A stretch of DNA of 64,000 nucleotides from a phage, in the sequence record PZ583738.1, one strand, 5' to 3'. Position numbers and translations under genes: made by a program. The stretch's first letter is position 1. Every line of letters starts with the position of its first letter. Under the pieces are notes generated by a model, which did no database searches, had not been told where the DNA came from, and saw only the letters and a program-made list of their open reading frames with translations. Positions 9,322-20,280 of the stretch are shown one piece after another.

Positions 9322-12300
9322 TTACCTTTACCTGTGATGGGTCTTTCGGGTCGCGTGGATTACCAATATCATCCTTAAGACGTTGATTAACCAAATTGCG
9401 CCAGTTCGCAAAAGTCACGGCAGACTGGTCAAACAATGGACTGTATTTTTTACGACGTTCAGACGGGAGAGTCCCATGAAAATCTGAAAAATCGTTTTCG
9501 GCATCATAATCTGCCGGTAATGGGAACGGTAAACCTGCGTTAGGAGCAATATTATATACTGCTTCGCCTGTAACAGCATTATGCTCAATGTTTCCATCGG
9601 CTCCAATAACTGCAATACGGTCACACCATTCTGACGGAATACCCGACGACCAACGATAGTTGTTCAGTTTATTGATAATGGTTTCTGTATGTTTTAATGA
9701 CAGACCAGCATTAACAAACATTGTCAATAATGTAATTCCAACAAATCCAAATCCAACCGGATGAACAAATCGCAATACGTCATTACGATAACGAGATGTC
9801 GGGAGACTTGATTTAATGGTCATTACATAGTAAGAACGATTTCGGTTGATATAATCGATGTTGTTGCTAAGCAATTCTTTCCCGCGAACGCCCTGAACAA
9901 TCATGCCTCCAAAGGAAGTCCTTTCGGATTTAATTTCTTGCCCAACAATAAAGCGACCAAGCAAGTTATGAATCGTGATACGCCATCTCAATTTACCCTG
10001 TTTGTAGTCACGCTCCATATAGGTAACGTTACTGCGGCCGGTTGGTGTGTAAATTGTTTGCCCAACAATATCTTCGCTGATATTATCAGATTCGACAATT
10101 ATGTCATACTCGGTTCCGTTCTTGGATTCAATATCGATTTCAACGTCTTCATTATATAACAATTTGAATAAAAACTTATAGGATGCTTCAGTCCCCTTGG
10201 TTGCCCAAAAATCAGACTGTCTTGCTTCAAAGAAACGAACTACTTCGTCACGCTTGGTCTTTGACAAATATATGTTTCTTTTGTACATTTCACTCCAAAG
10301 GTATTCCCATGCATCTTCCTCGCGTGGGTACTGGTTGCGAATCAAGTTCAAAAGGTTGTTATAATATGTGCCAGAACCATCACTGATAAACTGTAAATAA
10401 TATTCACAGAATTTTTCGAAGTTGCTATCCTGGAGCAAATAACTATCCGGAACCATCTTTGTTAAAAGAGGACGCAAGTCCGGGTCTTTCTCTTGTTCAT
10501 CATTATCCGGGGTCCATGGAATATCATGTTCCTGGTTCTGTAATTCTGCAGTGAACATAACTTCTTTCGGTTTCCAGATTAATCTAACTTCATCACGCAT
10601 ACGATAGTCGAATTCAAAATAACCAATAAGCTCACCAGTATTTTTATGTAACATAATACCCGAGGCATATTTTTTAAAGCCATTGAATTCGATGTTAGGA
10701 GAAGTAACTTTCACTTGACCTTTATTCCAGTATTCGTGCACAATACGTTCAGGGGATGAACCACCAAAGGTATCGATAATCTTTTGATACAGCATGTCAT
10801 TATATACAACCAGAGCTCTGTCTGATGTGGTAATCCAACAACGAGTATCATCACGGCGAGACCAGTTAAAGAACGGTTCAGCGTAATATGACATACGTCC
10901 AGGTTTAAACTCTTCCCAACCTGAATCTTTATTCGACCTAAAACTCATCATCAAATAATGCTTGTCATGTATCCATTGTTCATCATACACATATTTGACT
11001 GCTTCGTTAACTTCTTCAGGATACTTAGCAGGGAGTTCGGTATCTGGCTCAACGGAATAACGGAAGTTACTTGAACTGATAAAAAGTTCAATTCCATCAG
11101 TTGACATGCTTGTGTAACCATGTTCAATACGGCGACGTTCATCCTCTGTATTACCAAAAACTCGTGTCCATGTATCGGTATCGGTATTTAATTTATAAAC
11201 GCCCTTTGATAATGAATCGACAACGTTTTCAGGCTTAGTCGGGTCTTGGCGTTCTTCCTTTACTTCACCCGTGATTAATGCAAACACTTCACCGTCAATT
11301 GAATCCATCTTGTAACAAACAGCTTTTGGGTTGCCGCTTATTGTGCTATATCCAGCTTCAAATAATTTTTCACCGAATGTTGGAGAGTTAGGGTCATTAT
11401 CAATTGGAGCATCAGAAGATTTAGCTTTGTATACACGGTCGCGGCCAGCAACGTAAATCATGGAATCGGTCGTAGTAATTGCTTCGGCAATTGTTGAGAT
11501 ATATGCCGGGAGTCTTGCGTATGTGCCAAATATTTCAATATCAAATCCGAGATTGAAATCCGAACCAATTTTTGCAAATGTTATATCCTGAGAACTGAAT
11601 CGAACATCATCAGCAGACCATCTTATGTCACTTGATTTACGACCGTAAAAAATTCGGTCATATCCGAGTACATAAGTTGTCGTATCTGATTGATAATAAA
11701 TTGTGCGCGATACTGGGTTACCGATACGGTCATTAAACAATTTTACATAATACCAGTTCTGCCCTTTATCATTGGAGACTTTGACAGTTGTCTGGAATCG
11801 TTCAAACAAATACAGTACGCCACCAAGTTCAGCAATCATTGTACGATTAACATCATTACACACCGGCTGAATACTACCCTGAATTTCGTGATATTGGTCT
11901 TCTTTTAATACATAGTTTGAAATTGAAGACAAATGAGAATAAGCAGGAGTAAAGCTAAAATCTTCAGACATCAGCGATGCCATAATTGCATCATTATTAA
12001 AGTTGATATAAGCCTGGTTATTGTTTGTGAATTTTTCTTCGATGAATTTATTTGTTAATGTAAACTCACGCATGTGTTCAAATGTGTATGCGTTAGTTGC
12101 AAAGGTTTCAAATTCTTCGGTATAAACCCAATCAGATTGTTCAAAACCCATTGCTGCAACAGCAACACGCATTTTGTAAAATGATACTGGACGAATAAAA
12201 TCTTGTTCGAACCATTCATTGTCTGGAGTATAACCTAAATTCCTCCATAACAGATTTTCTTCTGGAATAGCAACACCATTTTCTTTTGTCGGAGCAATCT

Positions 12301-12412
12301 CAACAAAATAATAAAAGTTGGCGCCAACATTATCCCATTTTATGCTAACCTGGTTAGCAGATAGTTTATCAATCCGTAAGCTGGTTACATAAGGGGCTTT
12401 AACACTCATCAT
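9314..12412 (-). CDS. 7: baseplate wedge initiator gp7
   Basis: 1032 aa from ATG 12412 (MMSVKAPYVTSLRIDKLSANQVSIKWDNVGANFYYFVE resembles T4 gp7 start); SD AGGAAACC upstream; track start 12505 is non-ATG extension. Confidence 0.9.
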   Translation of the reverse strand: MMSVKAPYVTSLRIDKLSANQVSIKWDNVGANFYYFVEIAPTKENGVAIPEENLLWRNLGYTPDNEWFEQDFIRPVSFYKMRVAVAAMGFEQSDWVYTEEFETFATNAYTFEHMREFTLTNKFIEEKFTNNNQAYINFNNDAIMASLMSEDFSFTPAYSHLSSISNYVLKEDQYHEIQGSIQPVCNDVNRTMIAELGGVLYLFERFQTTVKVSNDKGQNWYYVKLFNDRIGNPVSRTIYYQSDTTTYVLGYDRIFYGRKSSDIRWSADDVRFSSQDITFAKIGSDFNLGFDIEIFGTYARLPAYISTIAEAITTTDSMIYVAGRDRVYKAKSSDAPIDNDPNSPTFGEKLFEAGYSTISGNPKAVCYKMDSIDGEVFALITGEVKEERQDPTKPENVVDSLSKGVYKLNTDTDTWTRVFGNTEDERRRIEHGYTSMSTDGIELFISSSNFRYSVEPDTELPAKYPEEVNEAVKYVYDEQWIHDKHYLMMSFRSNKDSGWEEFKPGRMSYYAEPFFNWSRRDDTRCWITTSDRALVVYNDMLYQKIIDTFGGSSPERIVHEYWNKGQVKVTSPNIEFNGFKKYASGIMLHKNTGELIGYFEFDYRMRDEVRLIWKPKEVMFTAELQNQEHDIPWTPDNDEQEKDPDLRPLLTKMVPDSYLLQDSNFEKFCEYYLQFISDGSGTYYNNLLNLIRNQYPREEDAWEYLWSEMYKRNIYLSKTKRDEVVRFFEARQSDFWATKGTEASYKFLFKLLYNEDVEIDIESKNGTEYDIIVESDNISEDIVGQTIYTPTGRSNVTYMERDYKQGKLRWRITIHNLLGRFIVGQEIKSERTSFGGMIVQGVRGKELLSNNIDYINRNRSYYVMTIKSSLPTSRYRNDVLRFVHPVGFGFVGITLLTMFVNAGLSLKHTETIINKLNNYRWSSGIPSEWCDRIAVIGADGNIEHNAVTGEAVYNIAPNAGLPFPLPADYDAENDFSDFHGTLPSERRKKYSPLFDQSAVTFANWRNLVNQRLKDDIGNPRDPKDPSQVKVNE

Positions 12413-12425
12413 GGTTTCCTTAAAA

Positions 12426-12441
12426 AGCCTCCGAAGAGGCT
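12426..12441 (-). promoter_or_regulatory. UUCG-tetraloop stem-loop between genes 6 and 7 (weak terminator / RNA stability element)
   Basis: agccuc-uucg-gaggcu hairpin followed by short U-run just upstream of gene 7 SD. Confidence 0.3.
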
Positions 12442-14387
12442 TATAGTGTAATTGGTTCAAGGTCAATCTTTGTATATTGCGGACGAAGGTCATTCTCAAA
12501 TACAATCAGTGAACCATCTTGCGTGTATATATTATCTTGGTTAGGACTTGCATAAAGTTCGATTGATTGAACTTCAAAGCGGTCGGAGGTCAATCCAATC
12601 GCAGCGATATCCCAAAAAATATAATCAGAGTAATAGTCAATTTCGCCAATTGTGTAATAAACTGTTTGGTCAGCCGGAGCTTCCATTTTATTAAAGTCAT
12701 CTTGCAGGTAAGGCTGGATGTTTACATTTTCAATAACATCACCCGGACGGAATGGACCAATTACCATTTTACCATCACCACGAGAATCTTTATCAGTTGC
12801 AACAATGCGAACGTTATAGGCTTCACCTGTGGTCGGAACAAATTCAAATTCACTTGATTCGACTGAACGGTTGCCATACTGGTTATAGTATTTAATGCCG
12901 GATTCTGGAGTCTTAAAGAAGTTCAGGACTTCACGCACCATCGAAATGGTTGCAGACGAACCAAGAATACTATGGTCGGTATTATCCACATATGTAAGCA
13001 TTTTTGACTTAGCAAAACTTCTGTTAAAGATTTCAACTTCATCGATATAATAACGGTCAATCTGATTAATGATTTGTGCTTGCAACCATTGTTCAGATTC
13101 TTGTAATTTGTTCAGCGCATAAGATACTTTGATATTATGTTTAAGGAACAAATAATCCGGAGAAATAACCGATGGTGTAATTGTTGATACGTTGAACTCG
13201 CTAAGGTAGTTCTGGATGTCCTCACGTTGCACTGCGGTGAGATACAAGCCCGATTTAGGCTTAACTGATATAAACGCATACCCAGGTTTATTTGCGTCTG
13301 TAAACGTCTGTACGGCTTGCACGATTGAGCCAAATCTTTCGGATACGAAGGTATCATAATCCGTCCCGGTGACAGCACGCATCTGTGCTTCACGTTTAAC
13401 AACAGCCAGTTCGCGGATTCGTTCGATATCTTCCGGGTCACCACCACCATCGGCACCGACATAATCAGGGTCGTTGTTGTAGTTTTCGGTAATTTTATCC
13501 ACTGTAATATAAGACAAAGTATCAGCATAACTAAAATCAACAGCGCCGTTTGCATCTGCCCCGGAAGTACGAAGATACTCAATAACAATTGTTGAATCTT
13601 GCACAGGTTTAAGACCGCCAATATAGTTGGCTTCCATAACGCCACCGGCCACAGATTTGGTGGATTCACCTTCACCGAAGAAAAATTCGGTATAGCCATC
13701 GATTGTTTCACGCATATAAAATATGGTGGAAGTCGAACCAGCATGAACCATTGATTTGTTCGTCCAGTCATCCCACTCAACACCATTCACATATAACTTA
13801 ACTTCTTTGCGGTCAATATCCGGGTCGCGGATAAGAATAGGTTGTTTCGGGTCATATAAAAGTTCCGTACGAATAATACGACCCTGTGCCAGAGATACAA
13901 TCGGAAGGTATTGGTTGTTAATATCTTTAACCGCGATAACGTTTTCCGTGGTAACAAAAACATAAGGGTCAGCTGATGTATCACGAGCATAAGCCAGGAA
14001 TTTAGTTCCTCGTGGGATTTCAATATTCGATGGTTGCAGAGCATGAGAACATGTCAACATAACCGAAGTCTTTGCAGCCGAGCGAGAAGATGGAAGATAA
14101 CCATTATCCTGTGCAGCCTGAACAACTGAAGACCTTAAGTTTGCAGTTCCGATAAATGATTCGTAAACCGCCGTGTTAGCAAACTGCTGCATATACAATG
14201 TATTATATGCAAGCATGTCAATCAGGATATTCATTCGCGAACCTACGAAATCATAATCCTTAAATTCATCCTGGCTTGATAACCAGTCGATGATGTTCTT
14301 TTTAATTTCTTCAAACGTAGCTCCCACAAATACTTTTGGGATAGCGTTAACGGTTCTTGTTAATTGGTAATTCGTAGGAGTAGCCAT
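12441..14387 (-). CDS. 6: baseplate wedge protein gp6
   Basis: 648 aa; N-terminus NYQLTRTVNAIP..DYDFVGSRMN..LAYNTLYMQQF and C-terminus LIVFENDLRPQYTKIDLEPI resemble T4 gp6 (about 660 aa). Confidence 0.9.
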   Translation of the reverse strand: MATPTNYQLTRTVNAIPKVFVGATFEEIKKNIIDWLSSQDEFKDYDFVGSRMNILIDMLAYNTLYMQQFANTAVYESFIGTANLRSSVVQAAQDNGYLPSSRSAAKTSVMLTCSHALQPSNIEIPRGTKFLAYARDTSADPYVFVTTENVIAVKDINNQYLPIVSLAQGRIIRTELLYDPKQPILIRDPDIDRKEVKLYVNGVEWDDWTNKSMVHAGSTSTIFYMRETIDGYTEFFFGEGESTKSVAGGVMEANYIGGLKPVQDSTIVIEYLRTSGADANGAVDFSYADTLSYITVDKITENYNNDPDYVGADGGGDPEDIERIRELAVVKREAQMRAVTGTDYDTFVSERFGSIVQAVQTFTDANKPGYAFISVKPKSGLYLTAVQREDIQNYLSEFNVSTITPSVISPDYLFLKHNIKVSYALNKLQESEQWLQAQIINQIDRYYIDEVEIFNRSFAKSKMLTYVDNTDHSILGSSATISMVREVLNFFKTPESGIKYYNQYGNRSVESSEFEFVPTTGEAYNVRIVATDKDSRGDGKMVIGPFRPGDVIENVNIQPYLQDDFNKMEAPADQTVYYTIGEIDYYSDYIFWDIAAIGLTSDRFEVQSIELYASPNQDNIYTQDGSLIVFENDLRPQYTKIDLEPITL

Positions 14388-15064
14388 TATTCTGAATCCT
14401 GTTTAAATTGTTTTATCATTTTGTCATAAGCCGTATTTGGAAATCCGTTTTCAATGGCCAATCGTGTCATTTTTCTCCAACCTGGCTTATCATTTTCTTT
14501 CCATAATTTGAATAAAATATCATATGATTGCCAAATGGGGTGTTTTCTATTATTAAGTTTGCATAGGTCAATAACAGATTGAGGTCTTGGTCTTTTATAT
14601 AAAGGATGCTCTTCTCCTCTAACAAAAACCCTCGGTTTTGGAGGTAGCTTAGGTTTTCTCCTTTTGGCCATAGCTTTTTCAAAATTTTCAATATGTTCTT
14701 TACTTCTAGGTGGCTTTGGCCTACCCTTCATTTTGTCTGATGTTTGCTTTTTTGAAGATTCCTTATGCTTTCTTCCTCGCATACTTCCTTTGCCACCCAA
14801 ATCTATATTATAATATCTATCATCATAAATTATAGATTCGTCTACTAAAAATTCTTCGTAGTCGTAAGCTTCATCTTCAGTATCAAAAAATTTTATTATT
14901 TTTGTCTCAAACGAATCCTTTCCATATTTTTTATAAGCCTTTTTGATAAGCTCCCCTGTGCCGTAATATCCATCAAACATATCGTCAGTAGAATGTTTGC
15001 CTATATACTTTTTACCATTTTCTAGGTTTGTAGTTACATATACAAAATTAAATTCTTTGTTCAT
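14387..15064 (-). CDS. GIY-YIG family homing endonuclease (Seg-like)
   Basis: 225 aa; [21 protein letters not shown] and YYGTG motifs (GIY-YIG); lysine/arginine-rich NUMOD-like C-terminal region; inserted between gene 5.4 and gene 6. Confidence 0.7.
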   Translation of the reverse strand: MNKEFNFVYVTTNLENGKKYIGKHSTDDMFDGYYGTGELIKKAYKKYGKDSFETKIIKFFDTEDEAYDYEEFLVDESIIYDDRYYNIDLGGKGSMRGRKHKESSKKQTSDKMKGRPKPPRSKEHIENFEKAMAKRRKPKLPPKPRVFVRGEEHPLYKRPRPQSVIDLCKLNNRKHPIWQSYDILFKLWKENDKPGWRKMTRLAIENGFPNTAYDKMIKQFKQDSE

Positions 15065-15354
15065 TTTATGAACACCTTCCCTGAAGCTTGTGCGACAGTA
15101 TCACCACATGAAATCGGGTCTGCCATTTGAACAGCTTTCTTACCGGTAACAAATACTTTTGATGTGCGCGGTTGTGTTACTCCACCGTGAGTTTCATATG
15201 GTTTTTTAATTTCGGTATGCTCGGTAATAGGGTCTCCGGCAACTAACACCGGAATTCCCCCGGTGAATACTTTACCTTGAGTTGCATTAATTACAGTCGG
15301 TGGCCATGCTTCGTGGCCTGCTGTAACACATTGATTGAAACTTAATCCAGCCAT
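15061..15354 (-). CDS. 5.4: PAAR-repeat tail spike tip protein gp5.4
   Basis: 97 aa; size, glycine-rich repeat pattern with SCGD motif and position after gene 5/5.1 match T4 gp5.4. Confidence 0.7.
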   Translation of the reverse strand: MAGLSFNQCVTAGHEAWPPTVINATQGKVFTGGIPVLVAGDPITEHTEIKKPYETHGGVTQPRTSKVFVTGKKAVQMADPISCGDTVAQASGKVFIK

Positions 15355-15875
15355 TAATCCCTCGTGTATACGTATGAACGCAGTTTATCTGCCCATCTTG
15401 ACCAGTTACCAACGATAGTTTTTGTGTAAACTTTTGTCATTGTCTTTCTTACTGGAGCAGGAGGTGGGTCGGTCTCATTACCTGCACGGCTATTACTGCC
15501 ACCAGAGCTCCCTGTGTCTCCGCCAGAGCTCTCTTCTTGAAAGTCATAGGTTAGGGTTACCGTGTATGAAAAGACCTTCTGGAGGCTCGCTGGGGCCCTC
15601 CAGAGATACAATTGAGTACTCTTATCGGTAGGAAGGTCTTCCCATGAACCGGCAGTTTTGAATTCATCGTTAAGTCGGTATTTAAGCGCATCATCTGCAA
15701 ATCCGAACACGGATTCATAAACACCATAAAGATGATTACCCTCAACATTAACGCCAGGGGTGGCCTCATATTCAGTTATATTTATTTCGACTAATGTTTC
15801 GTTTGTTTCTAATTGAGCTGTAAACGTAACATCGATTGAGGCTCCTTCCATGGAGTCTCCTAGGTCAGTGCTCAT
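15354..15875 (-). CDS. 5.1: gp5.1-like protein (function unknown)
   Basis: 173 aa from ATG 15875 (first ATG after gene 5 stop; alternative ATG 15911 overlaps gene 5); position equivalent to T4 5.1; no SD seen. Confidence 0.45.
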   Translation of the reverse strand: MSTDLGDSMEGASIDVTFTAQLETNETLVEINITEYEATPGVNVEGNHLYGVYESVFGFADDALKYRLNDEFKTAGSWEDLPTDKSTQLYLWRAPASLQKVFSYTVTLTYDFQEESSGGDTGSSGGSNSRAGNETDPPPAPVRKTMTKVYTKTIVGNWSRWADKLRSYVYTRD

Positions 15876-15885
15876 TGGAAGTATA

Positions 15886-17628
15886 TTAGCCAATGTCAAT
15901 CCTCGAACCATCAATAGTATATTGACCAGATGCAATAGAACTCATTGTTGACATTGTTTCGGACCAATTGCCAGCCACGGTCATATCAACGTTTCCATTA
16001 ACGGACCATTTGACATTACCATTTACCGTATAATCATGGTTACCTTCGACAAGAGTTTTTGCGTCACCTTTAACAGTTATTTCAGCATTACCTTCGACCA
16101 GAATACTTACATTACCTTTGACGATAATTGTACCGTCACCTTCGATAGTTTTGGTTTCATTCCCACGAATATGAATGCTTTCGCTTCCATCGGTCTGGCG
16201 ACGAACATTAGCCATATTATAATAGGTTTCATCACCGCCAACGTTGACTTTATTATTTCCGCCCACGTAAGTGCTAGAATCACCCTGGGTCATATAATAA
16301 CCGTCAGCTACTGTCTTCGAAGTCTTACGACCATCTGGTGCAACTTCCTCGTAGGAACCGGTCGGGTGAATCAGTCGATAACGTTCTTGTCCAGGGGTGT
16401 TATCGAATTCCTGAATATGACCGCCTTCAGTTTGCATTGTCTGCACGTAAGGATATTCGCCCTTGTAACTTGATTCTGGCTCTTTAAACAGAATCCTTGT
16501 ATCTTCTGGGGTCCACGGGTCAGCTGGGTCAGAATTTGCAGGGGCTGCAAAGGTTTGAATCATCCTATATGAACGCCCTTTAAATGACCTTTCTTTAGGA
16601 GCCATAATACCGTATGATTCCATATTACCGGTAAGGATAATCATTGATACCCTTGATGCACGCCCTTTAGTTTGGTTAAACCATACTGAATTACGAGCTT
16701 CCTCAAATGCCTTTTTATAATCACCTACTAACATTGCGCTAAGCATTCCACGGAATTTAGCCAATCCGCCTAATCCCATTTGGAAAGCCATGTTTTCAAG
16801 AGCCATTTGTCTCGAACGGTTTTCTTTATTGTAAACTGGACCCACGACACTATGCCGGCCTATATCGTTTTGTACTTTTTTAAGGTCTTCTTGGAATAAT
16901 TTAGAGGCCTCGTCCATTGATATTGCGCCAGGGTTACCTTTAACTTCACGGCCTATTTGATTAGATAATATTTTGTTTATCTGATTCATATCTCTAATAG
17001 GTTGTGGTGCAATTAAGTGTCCTATACCTATAGTAGGATAACCTTCGGTGTCCCAATATACTTTCAAACGAAGACCTTCATCACGGTGAAGCATATTTTC
17101 AATTGTGAAATTAGGATTATCATCTGGCTTAACTTGACTCAAATCAAGGCCATCGGGGTTAATACCAAGGTCAAGGTTTGCATCCTGAATTACGTTCGAA
17201 GTTGCATCGTAACCGACCTCACCGCCTCGGTTGAGCGCAGCAGCATCATTACCTACATAAAGTGGATATTGTCCTGTGGGGTCAGAGAAGCCTTCGTTGG
17301 GATTTGCTTTTTGTCTTGAGGCTGAACCATACGTACCAATAACAAGCCCGTTGAGTTTCCACTTGTCTAAAAAGTGACCATATACCTGAGTCCCTGGCAC
17401 CATACCGGTCATTGCAGTTTGAATACCAGAAACTGATGCAGATGATGTTGGCATCAGTACAGACATCCATGGCAGGTCTTCAGTTCTGATACCTTTTACA
17501 GGCCCTTGTGATTTCTCATATGGATGCATACCCCATACACGGACACGGACTCGGCCTTGTTGAAGTGGGTCCATTCGGTCTTCGACAACACCGACGAACC
17601 AACTTACATTATCTGACATATTAATCAT
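15886..17628 (-). CDS. 5: baseplate hub / tail-associated lysozyme gp5
   Basis: 580 aa; N-terminus NVSWFVGVVEDRMDPLQQGRVRVRVWGMHP resembles T4 gp5 OB-fold start; central lysozyme-like region; C-terminal beta-helix repeats (VxGxxxxxV). Confidence 0.9.
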   Translation of the reverse strand: MINMSDNVSWFVGVVEDRMDPLQQGRVRVRVWGMHPYEKSQGPVKGIRTEDLPWMSVLMPTSSASVSGIQTAMTGMVPGTQVYGHFLDKWKLNGLVIGTYGSASRQKANPNEGFSDPTGQYPLYVGNDAAALNRGGEVGYDATSNVIQDANLDLGINPDGLDLSQVKPDDNPNFTIENMLHRDEGLRLKVYWDTEGYPTIGIGHLIAPQPIRDMNQINKILSNQIGREVKGNPGAISMDEASKLFQEDLKKVQNDIGRHSVVGPVYNKENRSRQMALENMAFQMGLGGLAKFRGMLSAMLVGDYKKAFEEARNSVWFNQTKGRASRVSMIILTGNMESYGIMAPKERSFKGRSYRMIQTFAAPANSDPADPWTPEDTRILFKEPESSYKGEYPYVQTMQTEGGHIQEFDNTPGQERYRLIHPTGSYEEVAPDGRKTSKTVADGYYMTQGDSSTYVGGNNKVNVGGDETYYNMANVRRQTDGSESIHIRGNETKTIEGDGTIIVKGNVSILVEGNAEITVKGDAKTLVEGNHDYTVNGNVKWSVNGNVDMTVAGNWSETMSTMSSIASGQYTIDGSRIDIG

Positions 17629-18227
17629 AATGACTTCTCCATCTCACGGATTAATGCCGAAATAAATGATTCGATATCATTAGGGTCGATTATCTTTATT
17701 TCTCGTTTATATTCATTTTTACGAATAGCATCTTCATAGATATCTACTGCAGCTAATGGACCTTCATATTGTGGGTACAATTTATTCTTATCACCTTTAT
17801 CATACCAGGTGTACGGATTATCAGGATAAGAAACAAGATTCCAGAATTTTTCACCATCTTCATTTACATGATAAAGAACCTGATTACCACCTATATTCGA
17901 ATAGCGTTGAATTGATGCCTGATACGATGATTCTTGTGAACATATCCAACCATAATACGGGTCATAGATATCATTAAGCATAAGGAGAACCCAATAGAGT
18001 TGAGTATTACCATAGAGCTGATATGCAAGTTCTTCAGGTCTTGGAGCTCCAGCGATGTAATATGTTTTCGGTGTATAATTAACCGCAACCTTATCAAAAT
18101 AGGCACGATAGTTTCTGAAGATGTCAGTCATCGGGATGCTTAAGACGTCTTCTTTCGTTAATGATGCCGAGTTTTTTCTGATTGTTTTAGCATCATAATC
18201 AATTGGGTTAAAAAATGAAAAAAGCAT
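17625..18227 (-). CDS. 53: baseplate wedge protein gp53
   Basis: 200 aa from ATG 18227 with SD GGAGG; MLFSFFNPIDYDAKT..MTDIFRNY resembles T4 gp53 (about 196 aa); track start 18257 is upstream extension. Confidence 0.85.
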   Translation of the reverse strand: MLFSFFNPIDYDAKTIRKNSASLTKEDVLSIPMTDIFRNYRAYFDKVAVNYTPKTYYIAGAPRPEELAYQLYGNTQLYWVLLMLNDIYDPYYGWICSQESSYQASIQRYSNIGGNQVLYHVNEDGEKFWNLVSYPDNPYTWYDKGDKNKLYPQYEGPLAAVDIYEDAIRKNEYKREIKIIDPNDIESFISALIREMEKSL

Positions 18228-18239
18228 AAAGCCTCCATT

Positions 18240-18247
18240 TATAAATA
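18240..18247 (+). promoter_or_regulatory. T4-type late promoter (TATAAATA) for gene 4
   Basis: Exact TATAAATA 29 nt upstream of gene 4 ATG in the 53/4 divergent intergenic region. Confidence 0.45.
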
Positions 18248-18275
18248 AGTATATCAATATTTATTAGGAGGCTAT

Positions 18276-18728
18276 ATGGCATACTCCGGGAAGTGGCAGC
18301 CAAAAAACGTTGCCAAGTACAAAGGAGACTGGAAGAAAATCACATACAGGTCAAATTGGGAAAAATTTGTATTTAATTGGTTAGATAATCATCCAGATGT
18401 GATACAATGGGGCTCTGAGACCGTAATTATTCCATATTTCAGTAATGCGGATGGTAAAAAACGCAGATATTACATGGATATGTGGGTGAAATTCTCAAAT
18501 GGACAACAGTTTTTCTTTGAGGTCAAACCCAAAAAGGAAACAAGGCCGCCAGCAAAACCAGTCAATACGACCGCTGCAAGTAAGAAGAGGTTTATGAACG
18601 AAATGTACACTTGGGCCGTTAACAAGGATAAGTGGAAAGCAGCGCAGGCCGTAGCCGATAAAATGGGCATCCAGTTTAGATTGATTACTGAAGATGCGCT
18701 TAGAAAAATGGGATATAAGGGTTTATAA
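18276..18728 (+). CDS. 4: head completion protein gp4
   Basis: 150 aa; MAYSGKWQPKNVAKYKGD..RSNWEKF resembles T4 gp4 (150 aa); SD AGGAGG. Confidence 0.85.
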   Translation: MAYSGKWQPKNVAKYKGDWKKITYRSNWEKFVFNWLDNHPDVIQWGSETVIIPYFSNADGKKRRYYMDMWVKFSNGQQFFFEVKPKKETRPPAKPVNTTAASKKRFMNEMYTWAVNKDKWKAAQAVADKMGIQFRLITEDALRKMGYKGL

Positions 18729-19456
18729 TGTACGATTGTTCAGATTTTAACATCACAAATGGCGAGATAGTGGGACAAGGCGATTTTAATAAATCAAAAA
18801 CTTTGATATTTGTAAAGTGCTTTATATGTGAAGAAACATGCAAATACAAAGCAACTGTTTTAAAGCATAAGTTAAAAACAAAAAGTTGGTGTTCTAATTG
18901 TAATTTAAAACGTTCTTATGGTGAAAGCAAATTAATATCTGAATTAGATGCAATCACAAGAATAAATTCCGTGAATCCATTGTATAGTTTTGATAAATGG
19001 GATACCACATATTCAACTTTTACAAAATCAAAAGCCTATATAAAGTGTTCTACATGTTCAACCAGTTGGATTACAAATCTAAACAACTTTACAACAAAAA
19101 ACAAAGGATGTCCAAACTGTTGTCACAAAGGATTTAACGCAAAGAAACCTGCTATTGTTTATGTTAATAAAATAGAATATCCGGGCGGAACTGCTTTAAA
19201 GTATGGTATAACTTCCAATCATGATTTTAGATTGTGGCAGCAAAATCATTTTTCCAAATGCATTAGTTCCAAATTATATTATCGAGAATTTGAACTGGGT
19301 GCACAAGCCAAAATGTTAGAATCCGCAATATCTGTATTATATATAAAAGACAGAGGTTATTTGAATAAAGATATTATGGTCGATGGCTATACAGAAACCT
19401 TACCATACTATTTAAAAAATGATTTGATTAATTTTATAGAAGGATGGAAAGGATGA
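18728..19456 (+). CDS. cysteine-rich putative nuclease (zinc-finger N-terminus, GIY-YIG-like C-terminus); possible homing endonuclease
   Basis: 242 aa; four CxxC pairs ([21 protein letters not shown]) then AIVYVNKI..(11)..KYGITS..R..E arrangement reminiscent of GIY-YIG; sits between genes 4 and 2. Confidence 0.35.
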   Translation: MYDCSDFNITNGEIVGQGDFNKSKTLIFVKCFICEETCKYKATVLKHKLKTKSWCSNCNLKRSYGESKLISELDAITRINSVNPLYSFDKWDTTYSTFTKSKAYIKCSTCSTSWITNLNNFTTKNKGCPNCCHKGFNAKKPAIVYVNKIEYPGGTALKYGITSNHDFRLWQQNHFSKCISSKLYYREFELGAQAKMLESAISVLYIKDRGYLNKDIMVDGYTETLPYYLKNDLINFIEGWKG

Positions 19457-20280
19457 GTATTTTTACATTTATCAATGAATCTGCAGATAAACCAGGTCCG
19501 AAACCCAGTAAATCAGAACAACAATGGGTTGAAATAGGGGTTGAATTTTATACAGCAAAAGAAAAGGGAATGACCTCGAAGAAGTTTGCTGAAGAGAAAG
19601 GAATCAACTATTCGACCTTTACCAAAAGCATGTCAAGATATCATTCGAGAATTCAGACTGCTTATAAAGTATCCAAGCTCAAAAAGAAACCTGCCGGTAA
19701 ACTTACGAAGGCTGAACGTCAGCTGATAATGGTGAATAGCTTTAGAAAGAGCATAAGAGATAAGATTGCTAACGAAGGCGCTGCAAGCAACACCAAATCT
19801 GCCAGATGGTTCGCTGAGACAATTAAGAAATCGGTTCGGGGCCACGTAACGGCTAAACCTCAACCGGGTAAGATTTATGCTTATATCTATGATGCAAAGC
19901 ATAAGGATACTCTTCCGTACTGGGACAAATATCCGTTAATCATTTATCTTGGGCTAGGTAAGCACAATTTGATGTATGGTTTGAACTTGCACTATATTCC
20001 ACCGAAGGCACGTCAAGAGTTCCTTGAGGAACTTCTTAAGCAATATGCCAATACTCCTACGATTACGAACAAGACTCATCTGAAGATTGATTGGTCAAAA
20101 GTGAAGGGATTTAAAGGGGCTGACCAGATGATTAAAGCATATATACCTGGCAATATAAAAGGTACTATCACTGAAATCAAGCCCAGCGACTGGGCAAATG
20201 TGGTATTACTCCCCCTTCAGCAGTTTTTTTCAAAAGGCAAAAGATTTTCTTCACAGAAAGTATGGAGAAATTCACTTTGA
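19453..20280 (+). CDS. 2: DNA end protector protein gp2
   Basis: 275 aa from ATG 19453 (ATGA overlap with upstream stop); size and position match T4 gp2 (about 274 aa). Confidence 0.75.
   Translation: MSIFTFINESADKPGPKPSKSEQQWVEIGVEFYTAKEKGMTSKKFAEEKGINYSTFTKSMSRYHSRIQTAYKVSKLKKKPAGKLTKAERQLIMVNSFRKSIRDKIANEGAASNTKSARWFAETIKKSVRGHVTAKPQPGKIYAYIYDAKHKDTLPYWDKYPLIIYLGLGKHNLMYGLNLHYIPPKARQEFLEELLKQYANTPTITNKTHLKIDWSKVKGFKGADQMIKAYIPGNIKGTITEIKPSDWANVVLLPLQQFFSKGKRFSSQKVWRNSL

Noticed and set aside
15886-15935. ORF-track start of gp5.1 at 15935 and other track starts (wac 3399, gene 7 12505, gp53 18257, several plus-strand ORFs)
   Set aside because: The track extends ORFs to non-ATG codons upstream; the extensions overlap the preceding gene or lack an SD. 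In-frame ATGs matching T4 N-termini or with SD were used instead.
18228-18275. Minus-strand late promoter for gene 53 in the 53/4 divergent intergenic region
   Set aside because: Minus strand reads TATAAATG (7 of 8) because the plus-strand TATAAATA is near-palindromic; only the plus-strand (gene 4) promoter was reported.
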